This document shows, one piece after another, positions 48,762 through 58,913 of a DNA stretch of 64,000 nucleotides. A model generated the notes under the pieces. The model was not told the DNA's origin and made no database searches. It saw only the letters and a list, made by a program, of their open reading frames with translations. The stretch is from contig JAJDAN010000021.1 in NCBI GenBank assembly GCA_029261855.1, positions 15,212 through 79,211 of the forward strand, in the 5' to 3' direction. The position numbers were made by a program, and so were the translations under genes. The stretch's first letter is position 1. The number at the start of each line of letters is the position of its first letter. The DNA is from Deltaproteobacteria bacterium. GTDB lineage: Bacteria > Myxococcota_A > UBA9160 > UBA4427.

Positions 48762-49555
48762 TCCTCCGTGAAGCTGAACGTCCACGCGCCCGAGCTCGGC
48801 GGCGGTGGAAGGGGGGTCGCGAACATCACGGCTCGGACCGCGTTGTCGTCGTAGAACGGATCGCCGGACGGCCGCCGGACCCGCGGCGTGCCGACGACGT
48901 CACCGGTGGAAGTCAGTTCGACCTCCACGACCGTCGTGAGGTTCCGGTTGAGGAACTCGGGCGGCGTCTTCCAGCCGTTCCGGACGTGACGCCGGGTCTT
49001 GAGCACCCAGCGCGCGATCTCCTCGTCCAGCTGCGACCCGCCCTTTGCGTCCGCCGCCGGTGCCGTGGTGGCCATCAGGTCCGCATCCGAGACATCCTCG
49101 CTGGCGCCTGCGTCGGGCACGGCTGCCGCCGGCGTCTGCTCGCCCAACTCATTGCGCAGCTGCGCCATGGCGTCGTCGTACTCCACCGGCTCGGGACGCT
49201 TGGGCGCGGGAGGGACCACTCGCTTATTCGGCACGGCCTTCGGCGCTTCCTTGGGCAGGACGACCTGCTTGGGCAGCGGAGGTGCCGGCGGCAGGGGCTC
49301 GGCTTTCGGCGCGAGTTGGGGGATGGACGCCTTCGGGGCTGCGGGTCGGGGTGCGGGCGCGGCAGCGCGAGGCGCCGGCAGGCTCGCGATGAGGTCCACC
49401 CGCAGCACCTCGGGCAGAGGCGTCGGGTCGGGCGACGGCGTAAACGCCAGTACGGCAAAGCCCAGCACATGAGCCGCGAAGGACCCGATCAGCAGCTGCT
49501 GGAAGCGCCGCTGGTCGTCCGCATGCTGCTCGGCCAGCCACTCGTTCGCGAGCAC
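48758..49555 (-). CDS. tolA: TolA/TonB-family protein
   Basis: TM with SxxxH (SFAAH), Pro-rich linker, C-terminal PSGDPFYDDNAVRAV...PLPPPP. Confidence 0.75.
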   Translation of the reverse strand: MLANEWLAEQHADDQRRFQQLLIGSFAAHVLGFAVLAFTPSPDPTPLPEVLRVDLIASLPAPRAAAPAPRPAAPKASIPQLAPKAEPLPPAPPLPKQVVLPKEAPKAVPNKRVVPPAPKRPEPVEYDDAMAQLRNELGEQTPAAAVPDAGASEDVSDADLMATTAPAADAKGGSQLDEEIARWVLKTRRHVRNGWKTPPEFLNRNLTTVVEVELTSTGDVVGTPRVRRPSGDPFYDDNAVRAVMFATPLPPPPSSGAWTFSFTEE

Positions 49556-49560
49556 GGTCG

Positions 49561-49974
49561 CTAGCGCCCCTGCTCGGTCACGATCCCGAGCTGCTTCGAG
49601 CCCGCCTGACGTGCCGCAGCCATCGCCTGCACGACCACACCGTACGGTGCCTTCTCATCGGCGCGCAGGAAGATGTCGTACGAACCGCGCGCGTCGAAGA
49701 CGGCCTCGAGCTTCGTGACCAGCTCGTCCTTCGCGACCTGCTTGCGGCCGAGGAAGTAGGTGCCGTCCTTCTTCACACTCAGGATGAGCGGATCGTTCTT
49801 GACGCGGATCGGCTGGGTGGTCGTGTCCGGCAGGTCGACGTCGATGCCCTGCTGCATCAGCGGTGCCGTGACCATGAAGATGATCAGCAGCACGAGCATC
49901 ACGTCCACGAAGGGCGTGACGTTGATTTCCGACAGCGCGCGACGTCCGCGCGACCGTGTCGCCGAGGCGCCCAT
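49561..49974 (-). CDS. tolR: TolR/ExbD
   Basis: SEINVTPFVDVMLVLLIIFMVTAP, FLRADEKAPYGVVV. Confidence 0.92.
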   Translation of the reverse strand: MGASATRSRGRRALSEINVTPFVDVMLVLLIIFMVTAPLMQQGIDVDLPDTTTQPIRVKNDPLILSVKKDGTYFLGRKQVAKDELVTKLEAVFDARGSYDIFLRADEKAPYGVVVQAMAAARQAGSKQLGIVTEQGR

Positions 49975-50630
49975 CAGCCGCGGACGCCGGGCGCTCCCAG
50001 GCGTGTGAGGTCCTCGGCGAACTCCTCCTGGAAGAGATCGATGGACGCCCGGGTCTCGTCGATGCGCGCTGCGAAGATATTGAAGAAGATGGATGCCGGA
50101 ATCGCTGCCACCAGTCCAGCCGCTGTCGCGATCAGCGCCTCGGAAATTCCGGGCGCCACCACCGCGAGGCTGGCACTGCCCGCAGCGGCGATTCCCTGGA
50201 AGGCCTGGATGATCCCGATCACGGTTCCAAAGAGACCGATGAAGGGCGCCGAGTTCCCCGTAGTCGCGAGGAAGGCCAGCCCGCGCTCGAGCCGGTGCCC
50301 TTCGTTCGCGGCCATCCACGCCATGCGCTTCGAGATCCGCCGCTGCTCGACGGCCCCCGTCCCCTCACTCTTCAGGTCGGCGCAGGTGGCCAGGAAGATC
50401 ATCGCCAGCGGACTGCGGTCGAGATCGCGCGCCGCCTCGTAGGCGAGCTCCAGCGGCTTCTCGTGATAGACCTCGAGAAACGCCTCGCTATCTTCGTCCG
50501 CCCCGTTCAGCTCGCGGTACTTGAAGACGATGATCGCCCAGGAGGTCGCGGAGAAAACCACGAGCACCACGAGGACGAGCTTCACCAGAAGACTCGCCCC
50601 CCACACCAAGGCAAGGATGTCGAAGCCCAC
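49974..50630 (-). CDS. tolQ: TolQ/ExbB proton channel
   Basis: FLATTGNSAPFIGLFGTVIGI, VAPGISEALIATAAGL; GTG start. Confidence 0.92.
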   Translation of the reverse strand: MGFDILALVWGASLLVKLVLVVLVVFSATSWAIIVFKYRELNGADEDSEAFLEVYHEKPLELAYEAARDLDRSPLAMIFLATCADLKSEGTGAVEQRRISKRMAWMAANEGHRLERGLAFLATTGNSAPFIGLFGTVIGIIQAFQGIAAAGSASLAVVAPGISEALIATAAGLVAAIPASIFFNIFAARIDETRASIDLFQEEFAEDLTRLGAPGVRG

Positions 50631-50738
50631 GTAAGCCCCCCTCTTGACGTGCGCGGGGCGGCAGCATAGCGCTTCACCCTCGCGTAGCCCGAGCTTCGCC
50701 CTCAGCGAGCCCGAAAAGTGCCAACAGGAGAGCCGTTC

Positions 50739-52262
50739 ATGCAGATCACCTCGAAGACGAGCGACCCGTGCGATGCCGCAGCCGACCTGCTTGCGATCCC
50801 CCTGCTGCAGCCGGCCGAGGGCGCGAAGGGCAAGGACGCCGTCCCGAGCCTCTCGGCCGCCATCCGCCGGATGGACCGCCGCATGGGCGGCGGCATCTCG
50901 GCCGCGCTCGCTGCCGGCGACTTCCAGGCGGCAGCCGGGCAGACTTCCCTGCTGTATCCCAACTCGAGCGAAACCCAGGTCAAGCGCGTCCTGCTCGTCG
51001 GCCTGGGACGCGCGGGCGACGCGACGGCGGACACGTTGCGCCGGGCGGCGGGCTCGGCGGTGCGACGCGCGGGACGCGGCCGCAACAAGCGGATCTCCAT
51101 CTGGCTGCCGCGCGTGAAGGGAGTCTCGGCGGACGCCGCCGCCCAGGCCGTGGCGGAAGGGGCGGTGCTGGGCAGCTACCGCTTCGACCAGTACCGCGAT
51201 CTCGGCGAGGCCGATCCCGGGAGCATCCGCTCCGTCACGGTGTTCTGCACCAGCGACAAGGGCCTCGCGCAGGTCCGCAGGGCCCTGACGACTGGACGCA
51301 CGCTCGCCGAGGGACAGAACCTTGCGAGAGACCTGTCCAACATGCCGGGCAACGACCTGCCGCCGGCGAAGCTGGCCAGCGAGGCGCGCCGCATGGCCCG
51401 CGAGGTCGGCCTCCGCTGCCAGATCCTGGAAGTCGCCGAGCTCAAGCGGCGGAAGATGGGCGGGATCCTGGCGGTCGGTGGTGGCAGCGCCCGCCCCCCG
51501 CGACTGATCGTCCTGGAACACAAGCCCCGCAACAAGTCCGCCCCGACGATCTGCCTGGTCGGCAAGGGTGTCACCTTCGACTCCGGGGGCATCTCGATCA
51601 AGCCGAGCGCGGGCATGGAAGAGATGAAGCACGACATGAGCGGTGCAGCCGCCGTGATCGGGGCCATGCGCGCCGTCGCACAGCTGAAGCTTCCCCTGCA
51701 CGTGGTCGGCGTCATCGGCGCGGCCGAGAACCTCCCCAGTGGCACCGCCTATCGCCCGGGCGACGTCGTCCGTACGGCATCGGGCAAGACGATCGAGGTG
51801 CTGAACACCGACGCCGAGGGACGCGTCGTGCTGGCAGACGCCCTGCACCACGCGCGCACGGAATTCGAACCGGACGCGATGATCGACCTGGCCACCCTGA
51901 CCGGCGCCTGCATGGTCGCCCTCGGTGAGTCGGCCACGGGCTTGTTCGGTACCGACGATGCGCTCATCGAGCGTGTGCGCGCGGCCGGCGAAGCCTGCGG
52001 CGAGCGCGCCTGGCCGATGCCCTTGTTCGACGACCACCGGCGCGCCGTGAAGAGCACCATCGCGGACGTCAAGAACACGGCGGGTCGCGACGCCGGCGCC
52101 TCCACGGCAGCGGCCTTCCTCGCGGCCTTCACCGGCGACACGCCCTGGGTCCATCTCGACATCGCCGGCACCGGCTGGTCCAGTGTGGTGCATCCCTACC
52201 AGATCAAGGGCGGAACCGGGGTCGGGGTTCGACTGCTGCTCGAGATGCTCCAGAACTGGTAG
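50739..52262 (+). CDS. pepA: Leucyl aminopeptidase (M17)
   Basis: GKGVTFDSGGISIK, MKHDMSGAA, NTDAEGRVVLAD, WVHLDIAG. Confidence 0.96.
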   Translation: MQITSKTSDPCDAAADLLAIPLLQPAEGAKGKDAVPSLSAAIRRMDRRMGGGISAALAAGDFQAAAGQTSLLYPNSSETQVKRVLLVGLGRAGDATADTLRRAAGSAVRRAGRGRNKRISIWLPRVKGVSADAAAQAVAEGAVLGSYRFDQYRDLGEADPGSIRSVTVFCTSDKGLAQVRRALTTGRTLAEGQNLARDLSNMPGNDLPPAKLASEARRMAREVGLRCQILEVAELKRRKMGGILAVGGGSARPPRLIVLEHKPRNKSAPTICLVGKGVTFDSGGISIKPSAGMEEMKHDMSGAAAVIGAMRAVAQLKLPLHVVGVIGAAENLPSGTAYRPGDVVRTASGKTIEVLNTDAEGRVVLADALHHARTEFEPDAMIDLATLTGACMVALGESATGLFGTDDALIERVRAAGEACGERAWPMPLFDDHRRAVKSTIADVKNTAGRDAGASTAAAFLAAFTGDTPWVHLDIAGTGWSSVVHPYQIKGGTGVGVRLLLEMLQNW

Positions 52263-52371
52263 TCACCGGGACAAGCGCCCCGCCCCGGGGGCTGCAACCC
52301 TCCGCTGCGGTGACGGCCGGTAGGCGCGTCTCTACGTTCGGCGCGCTCGTAAAACGAGACAGGAGAAAACC

Positions 52372-52746
52372 ATGTCCCGAATGATCGCGATCTTCGCCCT
52401 CACGACCTTCAGCCTTCTCTTCCTCGCCGGCACGGCCAGTGCCGATGCCACGAAGGGCAAGGAAGTGTTCGTCAAGACCAACTGCAATTCCTGCCACGGC
52501 ATGGAGGGCAAGGGAGACGGCCCGGTCGCCGCGGCCCTGGACCCCAAGCCGCGCGACTACACGAAGGGCGACTTCAAGTTCGACGCCAACGGTGACGGCA
52601 AGCCCGGCACCGACGAGGACATCGCCCTGGTCATCAAGAACGGCGCCGCCGCCTACGGTGGATCCGCGATGATGATGCCGAATCCGACGCTGTCCGATGC
52701 CGACGTCCAGCTCTTGATCGTGTACATCCGCAGTCTCAAGCAGTAG
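52372..52746 (+). CDS. Monoheme c-type cytochrome
   Basis: Signal peptide; CNSCH; GDGPVAAALDPKPRD; distal MMMP. Confidence 0.9.
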   Translation: MSRMIAIFALTTFSLLFLAGTASADATKGKEVFVKTNCNSCHGMEGKGDGPVAAALDPKPRDYTKGDFKFDANGDGKPGTDEDIALVIKNGAAAYGGSAMMMPNPTLSDADVQLLIVYIRSLKQ

Positions 52747-52769
52747 CCCTGCGACCGCACCGTTCCATT

Positions 52770-52807
52770 CGAGGCCGGCTCGGCGACGAGCCGGCCTCGT
52801 TCCGTTT
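52770..52807 (+). terminator. Intrinsic terminator
   Basis: CGAGGCCGGCTCG-GCGA-CGAGCCGGCCTCG perfect stem followed by TTCCGTTT. Confidence 0.7.
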
Positions 52808-52924
52808 CGGCCCCATCCTTCCGCCCCTGCCCTGCTGCGGAGTGGGCTTCTGTGGAGTCGGCTTCTGCTAGGGTGGAGAGCCGACGGTCGCCGTAGTCGG
52901 CGATGAGGCTGACGAGGAAGAGGC

Positions 52925-54022
52925 GTGAGCGCCCGCAAACGGGACGAACTCGAAAACGTCGATGACAGCGAGCCCGCTGGCTCCGTCGCAGACTCCCCCG
53001 AGGACGAGACCGCGAGCGTCTCGGACCTCGTCGAGGAGACCCGGCCCCTGTCTCCCGAGGTGCTGGCCCCGAAAAACGCAGAAAGCGACGACGGGGGCGA
53101 CGAAGAGGACGACGACTCGTCCGACACCCGCCTTCCCGTGGTCCATGCTGCGGGCGAGCAGGGCACCGTCTCGGCGCTCACCCGCTACATGGCGCAGCTG
53201 CGCCACCATGCGCCGATTACGCGCGAAGAAGAGCACGCCCTCGCCGTTCGCTGGGTCGAGGAAGGCGACGTCGAAGCCGGCAAGCAGCTGGTGCTCTCCA
53301 ACCTCCGGCTCGTCGTCAAGATCGCGATGGACTACCGACGGGCCTGGGCGAACACCCTCGACCTCATCCAAGAAGGCAACATCGGCCTGATGGAAGCCGT
53401 CCAGCGCTACGACCCGTACATCGGGGTGAAGCTCTCGTCGTACGCCGTGTACTGGATCCGCGCCTACATCCTCAAGTACATCCTCGACAACATGCGCAGT
53501 GTTCGCATGGGCACGACGCGAGCCCAACGAAAGCTCTTCTTCCGCCTGAACAAGGAAAAGCGCCAGCTCGAAATCGAAGGCTTCGAAGCGGAACCGAAGC
53601 TGCTCGCCGAACGCCTGGAGGTGAGCGAGGACGACGTGCGCAGCATGGAGGCGACCCTCGCGCGGCCGGACCTGTCCATGGACATGCCCGCCCACCGGGA
53701 CGAGCCCGGCGGCACCACCTACGGTGACAACATGGCCACCCCTGGATCGACCGCCGAGGACCAGGTCGGCAACAAGGAGGTGCAGGAGGTCTTCCTGCAG
53801 AACGTCGAGGAATTTGCCGAGAGCCTGTCCGAGCGCGATACGCGAATCCTGCGGCAGCGCCTGCTGGCGGACGAGCCCAAGACCCTCGCAGAGCTGGGGG
53901 AAGAGTTCGGCGTCTCGCGCGAGCGGGTGCGGCAGCTCGAGGCCCGCCTACTGCGAGACCTGCGGACCCACATGGAAGCCAAGCTCGTCGACTTCCAGTA
54001 CTACGCGCCTTCCGATGACTAG
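52925..54022 (+). CDS. rpoH: RNA polymerase sigma factor, sigma32/RpoH-like
   Basis: NLRLVVKIA, DLIQEGNIGL, RpoH box TTRAQRKLFFRL, GVSRERVRQLE. Confidence 0.85.
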   Translation: MSARKRDELENVDDSEPAGSVADSPEDETASVSDLVEETRPLSPEVLAPKNAESDDGGDEEDDDSSDTRLPVVHAAGEQGTVSALTRYMAQLRHHAPITREEEHALAVRWVEEGDVEAGKQLVLSNLRLVVKIAMDYRRAWANTLDLIQEGNIGLMEAVQRYDPYIGVKLSSYAVYWIRAYILKYILDNMRSVRMGTTRAQRKLFFRLNKEKRQLEIEGFEAEPKLLAERLEVSEDDVRSMEATLARPDLSMDMPAHRDEPGGTTYGDNMATPGSTAEDQVGNKEVQEVFLQNVEEFAESLSERDTRILRQRLLADEPKTLAELGEEFGVSRERVRQLEARLLRDLRTHMEAKLVDFQYYAPSDD

Positions 54023-54027
54023 ATGCG

Positions 54028-54510
54028 ATGACTAGACCCGGGACGAGCCGGACGCCCGCGCTCCTCGCGACGGTGCTGCTGTACGCCGGCCTGGCGATCT
54101 CGGGACTCGGCTTCTTCTGCGGCGAGGCGCCCGCCGAATCCGGGCCCACCGCCAGCATCCGAGACGAGGTCGTACAGCTCGAGGTCGCCCGGACCCCTAA
54201 CGAACAGGCCCTGGGGCTGGGCAACCGCGACGGATTGCCGTGGGGACAGGGGATGCTCTTCCTCTACGACCCTCCCGGCTTCCCGACCTTCTGGATGAAG
54301 CGCATGCGCTTCGACATCGACATCGTCTGGATCCACGAAGGCCGCATCGTCGGCATCTCCGCGTTCGTCCCGTACCCGCGAGAGGACCCGGACCGTCCGG
54401 CGACGGCGCCAGCGCCCCAGCTCGTCGACCGGGTTCTCGAGGTCCCGGCCGGCTTCGCCCAGGCCAAGGGTTGGCGGCGCGGTGACACCGTGGTGTTCTC
54501 CGGGCTCTGA
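54028..54510 (+). CDS. DUF192-domain protein
   Basis: EVARTPNEQALGL, GMLFLY, FWMKRMRFDIDIVWI, VLEVPAG. Confidence 0.88.
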   Translation: MTRPGTSRTPALLATVLLYAGLAISGLGFFCGEAPAESGPTASIRDEVVQLEVARTPNEQALGLGNRDGLPWGQGMLFLYDPPGFPTFWMKRMRFDIDIVWIHEGRIVGISAFVPYPREDPDRPATAPAPQLVDRVLEVPAGFAQAKGWRRGDTVVFSGL

Positions 54511-54599
54511 TCTCGAGCCGGCAACTCACGCGCAACCGGCACGCAGGTCGGTGTGCCGTCCTATCAAGCTCGGGGCCGGACCTGCCGTTACCGGGAGGC

Positions 54600-55298
54600 A
54601 TGGATCAAGACCGCTCCTACCTCCTGTTTTGTCCGCCCCACCTGCCCCTGAGACTCACGGGCCAGGCGCCGGCGGCCATCGGCCGACACTCGAGCTGCGA
54701 GCTCGTCCTGCGCAAGGACGACGTCTCGCGGCGTCACGCCGAAGTGTTTCACGAGGGAGGCGAGTTCCGGCTTCGCGACCTCGGCAGCACGAACGGGAGC
54801 TTCCTGAACGGCGTGCGCATCGAGGGCTCGCCGGTCCTGAAGGCCGGCGACAAGATCGAGATCGGTTCTTCGATCATCGTGTTCTGTCAGGTCGACGGCG
54901 ACGTCGGCGCCATCGACGACACGCCGAGCGCGGCCAAGACGATGATCGCCGAGCGCATGCCGGAAGCCTCCGGCGAGGCCTTCCAGGGCGACTTGTCCGA
55001 GATTCCGCCGGACGCGCTGCTGCAGCTGCTCGAGATGGGCCGCAAGTCCGGCTTGCTCGAGCTGCACTCCGGCAGCGGCAAGGGCCGCATCTGGATGGAG
55101 CAGGGTTACCCCGTCCACGCCGAGACCGAAAAGGCCCTGGGCTTCGACGCAGCCATGGTCATCGTGATGAGCCGTGAGGGGCGCTTCCGCTTCGAACCGC
55201 AGGTCGGGAGCACCGATCGCACCATCACGGCCTCGGTGACCGAGCTGCTGCTCGAAGCCAGTCGCCTGCTGGACGAAGCCGAGCACGCCGGCTCGTAG
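54600..55298 (+). CDS. FHA-domain plus DUF4388 (PatA_N-like) protein
   Basis: IGRHSSCEL...VSRRHA...DLGSTNGSF; FQGDLSEIPPDALLQLLEMGRKSGLLEL...GRFRF. Confidence 0.88.
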   Translation: MDQDRSYLLFCPPHLPLRLTGQAPAAIGRHSSCELVLRKDDVSRRHAEVFHEGGEFRLRDLGSTNGSFLNGVRIEGSPVLKAGDKIEIGSSIIVFCQVDGDVGAIDDTPSAAKTMIAERMPEASGEAFQGDLSEIPPDALLQLLEMGRKSGLLELHSGSGKGRIWMEQGYPVHAETEKALGFDAAMVIVMSREGRFRFEPQVGSTDRTITASVTELLLEASRLLDEAEHAGS

Positions 55299-55309
55299 CA
55301 CCGGACCCC

Positions 55310-57820
55310 CTAGACGCTCCACGACCCGGTCAGCTCTTCCAGATCCGCCCAGTGCGCCGAGTCGATCTGCTGCGGGTCGAGGTGATCCTTCGCGTAGCGC
55401 AGATAGACCTTCTGCCGGATGAACAGCTCGTGCAGCCGCGGGTCGATGTGCCCGGCGTCGCGCATGTCCTCGAGGATGTCGAGTGTCTGGCTCAGGGTCA
55501 TCCCGGGCTTGTAGGGCCGGGTCTTGGCCGTGAGCGCCTCGAAGACGTCGGCCAGACCGAGGATTCGCGCCTGCATGGTCAGACGCTCGCCCCCCAGCCC
55601 TTTCGGATAGCCCGACCCGTCCACGTGCTCGTGATGGGCGCCGGCGATGTACGGGACGTTCTCGAGTTCCTTCGGAAACGGAAGCTCCTCGAGCAGATTG
55701 ATCGTCGAGAGGACGTGGTCCTCCATGACCTGGCGCTCTTCTTCGTTGAGCGTTCCGCGCGAGATCGACAGATTGATCACTTCCTCGTCCGTGAGGATCG
55801 GGCACTCGACTCCGTCGGGCCCGCCAAAACTGTACGCGCGGGCGATCTCGGCGACTCGAGACTGATCACGCGGCGACATCGACTCGCGACCGCGGTTCGC
55901 CCACTCGATGAACGCGAGATCGTCGTCGAGGCGCTCGAGGGTGCTTCGAAGTGTTGAATCCTCCGATGTCCGCGAGGACTCATCGGACAGCTGCTCACGA
56001 AGCGAAGCGATCTCGACATCTCGCCGCAGCAGCGCGAAGCGCGTTCGGACCAGCTCGATGCGATCGAACAGTGTCTCGAGCTTCGTGGCCTTGTCCATCA
56101 CGTGCACCGGCGTGACGACCTTGCCGCAGTCGTGCAGCAGGGCCGCGATCCGAAGCTCGTAGAGTTCTTCGTCGCTGAGCGAGAAATCCTTCAGGGCGCC
56201 GGCGGTCTCTCCGCAGGCCGCCTCGGCGATCAGCTCCGTGAGGATCGGGACCTTCCGGCAGTGCTCGCCCGTGTAGTCGGACTTCTCGTCGATCGCCCGG
56301 ACTGTCAGATGGATCAGGCCCTCGAACAGGCCGCGAAGGGTCTCGACGTTGCGCGCCTGCCTCAGCGCCGCGGCCGCCTGAGATGCCAGCGACTCGGCCA
56401 GATCGATCGTGTCTCTCGAAAACGCGGTCTCTCCCGCGCCCTGCGACACGAACACCAGCGCGCCCAGGCTCGCCCCCTTCTCGGCGCGCAACGGGACGGC
56501 GAGTAGGCTCCGAGCCTCGAGTCCGGTCGTCGCTGCGAGTTCTCGCCAGTCGACCTCGCCCTCCCCCAGGCGGGGTCGGTCTCGTTCCGCGCGCAGGATC
56601 CGGCGCTCGGACGACGCTCGACCGCCGATCGCTGCCAGCGACGGAGGCGCCGCGGACGCGGGCCCGTCGGAGCGCCCGTCGATCCGGAAGCGGACTGTCT
56701 CGAAGCCCCGCTCCTCGTCACCCAGGACCAGGGCGCACAGCTCTGCGCGGGTCAACTCCGCCGACCCGTCCAATGCCAGGGCGAGAAAGGAGTCGACGTC
56801 CGCCTCGCGCGAGAGCGCCTGGCCGATCTTGTTCAGTCGCCGCAGGGCCGCCACCTGCTCGCCGATCTGCGAGGCCATGTCATCGAAGGCCGCACCGAGA
56901 TCTTCGAATTCGTCCCCGGACCGCACGGCGGCACGCGCATCGAGGTCGCCGGCGCCGATCTCCCGGGCAAAGTGCGCCAGCGCATCGAGGGGAACCAGGG
57001 TGCGACGGATTTGACGCAGGGACGCGAAGACGGCGAGCGCCACCGTGAGGATCGCGAAGACCGGGAACAGGCGTTCGAAGTCCATCAACGGTCGCAGGAC
57101 CGCAGCCTCCGAGCGACTCATCCCGACACGCCATTCGCCCCGGCCGAACGAGCCGCGCAGGAACAGCGGCCAGACGCTCGCCAGCTCGCGACCATCCGGT
57201 GACAGCAACTCGAAACTCTGGCGGGGGCTCCGGTGCGCACCCGCAGCCAGCATCGCGTGGCTGGCCGGCTCGTCGGGCAGCACGAAGAGGAGGGTTCCCG
57301 CCTCGTCCTCGACCCAGTAGCGCTGCTCGCTGCCAGCCCGCTCCGGCGTGAACACGAAGTGCGGGTCCAGGACCGCGACGACGGCTTTGTCCGGTGTCCC
57401 GTCCACGACCCGGATCAGCTCGATGGAAACAAGGAAGTCTGCCTTCACGACGCGAAGGACCGAGCTGCCGGCGGAAAGACGCGCAAGCTGGCCCGGGTCG
57501 AGGTTCAATGCCTCGAGCGGCGCGATGCGGCGCTCGAGCACGCCCACCGCCTGCCGCGGGGACTCTTTCTCTGTCGCGCTGCCGAGCAAGCCGACGTCGG
57601 CCATCAACAGGCGCTCGAGAATCGACATGCCCGCGGTCTTGGCGTCCCGTCCGATCGCATCTCGCGCCTCGGACTCGAGCTGGGACTGCACTTCCAGATG
57701 CGCGTACACCGCAAAGGCCGCGACCGGCAGTAGTGCACAGACCAGGAACAGCGCGAACATCCGTTTCGCGACGCGCGTGCGCAGGGACGGCGAACCGAGC
57801 TGCAGCGTGCGGAAGGCCAC
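55310..57820 (-). CDS. Membrane HD-GYP cyclic-dinucleotide phosphodiesterase (sensor-HAMP-GAF-HD-GYP)
   Basis: Two TM helices, HAMP (PLDALAHFAREIGAGDL...DEFEDLGAAFDDM), GAF, LHDCGK, HHEHVDGSGYPKGL, ADVFEALT. Confidence 0.9.
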   Translation of the reverse strand: MAFRTLQLGSPSLRTRVAKRMFALFLVCALLPVAAFAVYAHLEVQSQLESEARDAIGRDAKTAGMSILERLLMADVGLLGSATEKESPRQAVGVLERRIAPLEALNLDPGQLARLSAGSSVLRVVKADFLVSIELIRVVDGTPDKAVVAVLDPHFVFTPERAGSEQRYWVEDEAGTLLFVLPDEPASHAMLAAGAHRSPRQSFELLSPDGRELASVWPLFLRGSFGRGEWRVGMSRSEAAVLRPLMDFERLFPVFAILTVALAVFASLRQIRRTLVPLDALAHFAREIGAGDLDARAAVRSGDEFEDLGAAFDDMASQIGEQVAALRRLNKIGQALSREADVDSFLALALDGSAELTRAELCALVLGDEERGFETVRFRIDGRSDGPASAAPPSLAAIGGRASSERRILRAERDRPRLGEGEVDWRELAATTGLEARSLLAVPLRAEKGASLGALVFVSQGAGETAFSRDTIDLAESLASQAAAALRQARNVETLRGLFEGLIHLTVRAIDEKSDYTGEHCRKVPILTELIAEAACGETAGALKDFSLSDEELYELRIAALLHDCGKVVTPVHVMDKATKLETLFDRIELVRTRFALLRRDVEIASLREQLSDESSRTSEDSTLRSTLERLDDDLAFIEWANRGRESMSPRDQSRVAEIARAYSFGGPDGVECPILTDEEVINLSISRGTLNEEERQVMEDHVLSTINLLEELPFPKELENVPYIAGAHHEHVDGSGYPKGLGGERLTMQARILGLADVFEALTAKTRPYKPGMTLSQTLDILEDMRDAGHIDPRLHELFIRQKVYLRYAKDHLDPQQIDSAHWADLEELTGSWSV

Positions 57821-57822
57821 GA

Positions 57823-58344
57823 TCAGAAGTTCCGGGCCAGGCCGAAATAGCTGCCGTTGGCGGCGCGGATCACGTCGTCGCGGCTGACCTGGCGGTCGAG
57901 CTGCTTCTCGCTCTCCCCGTCGGCACCGCGGCTGTAGAGGTCGTAGTCCGTGTTGATCGGTACGAGGAAGCCGTCCTTCCGGGGCTTCGGCTCGGGACCC
58001 GCCGAGACGTGGGGCAGACCCGAGGCAAGCGCCGCCTGACCCGGCGGGAGCGTCCCCGCAATCCTGAGATACTCGTAGGGGCGGCCCCAGGGATCGTCGA
58101 GCGCCGCGTCTACTTCGGCCAGGGTCGCCGGCAGCTCCCCCCCGTCGATCTGCAGGGAGTCGAGCATGCGCGCGATCCCCTGCATCTCGGCGATGGCGCT
58201 GGCGACTCGCGCGCGTTCGAGGAACTCCTGGTACTTGGTGGTCGCGACGCTCGCGAGCACACCGACCACCGCGAGCACGATCGCGAGCTCCACGAGGGTG
58301 AAGCCCCGATGCCCGGCGCGCTGCGCAGAGAGTCGCGGTGACAT
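57823..58344 (-). CDS. Prepilin-type N-terminal cleavage/methylation protein (GspG-like pseudopilin)
   Basis: RG/FTLVELAIVLAVVGVLA, DPWGRPYEY, YDLYSRGADG. Confidence 0.9.
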   Translation of the reverse strand: MSPRLSAQRAGHRGFTLVELAIVLAVVGVLASVATTKYQEFLERARVASAIAEMQGIARMLDSLQIDGGELPATLAEVDAALDDPWGRPYEYLRIAGTLPPGQAALASGLPHVSAGPEPKPRKDGFLVPINTDYDLYSRGADGESEKQLDRQVSRDDVIRAANGSYFGLARNF

Positions 58345-58364
58345 GGGCCGGGTCGTCCCTTCCC

Positions 58365-58913
58365 CTAGCGGAGCGCCTTCGCGAGATCGCGGAGCTCGCG
58401 AAGCAGTTCCGTGGACTCGATCCCGAGACTCGCGGTCGCGGGCAGGTCGTCGGCGACCCGAAGCAACTTCTCGACGACCCGGTCGCGCTCCTGGGCCCGC
58501 GTGGCCAGAGCGGAGAGCATCTGATTGAGGGCATCCGCCTCCCGATTCAGATAGTCGCGCTTCCGGATCACGATGGGCTCGCTGACCTCACCCCGCCTCA
58601 CCTCTTCGAAGGCGCGCAAGAAGCGGATCAGCGGGCTCGTCATGCGGCGGTAGAGCAGCATGCCACCGGCCACGGACCCCGCGAGGCAGACCAGCACCAT
58701 CGGCCAGAACGTGGCGTGCATGTCGAGGGCATGCCGGCCGATGCCACCCACGACGTGTGGATCGAGGTCCGAGCGGCCGAGCTGGATCGCCAGGGGTACG
58801 AAGATCGAGAGACCGATCGTCAGGCAGAATGCACCGGCGAGCACTCCCAGGGTCAAGACGAGATGAAGCTGGAAGGTGCTGACGGTGCGGGAAGACGCGG
58901 CGCGAGAGCTCAT
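58365..58913 (-). CDS. Small two-TM protein with HAMP-like region
   Basis: Two hydrophobic helices; RMTSPLIRF...GEVSEPIVIRKRDYLNREADALNQML. Confidence 0.7.
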   Translation of the reverse strand: MSSRAASSRTVSTFQLHLVLTLGVLAGAFCLTIGLSIFVPLAIQLGRSDLDPHVVGGIGRHALDMHATFWPMVLVCLAGSVAGGMLLYRRMTSPLIRFLRAFEEVRRGEVSEPIVIRKRDYLNREADALNQMLSALATRAQERDRVVEKLLRVADDLPATASLGIESTELLRELRDLAKALR

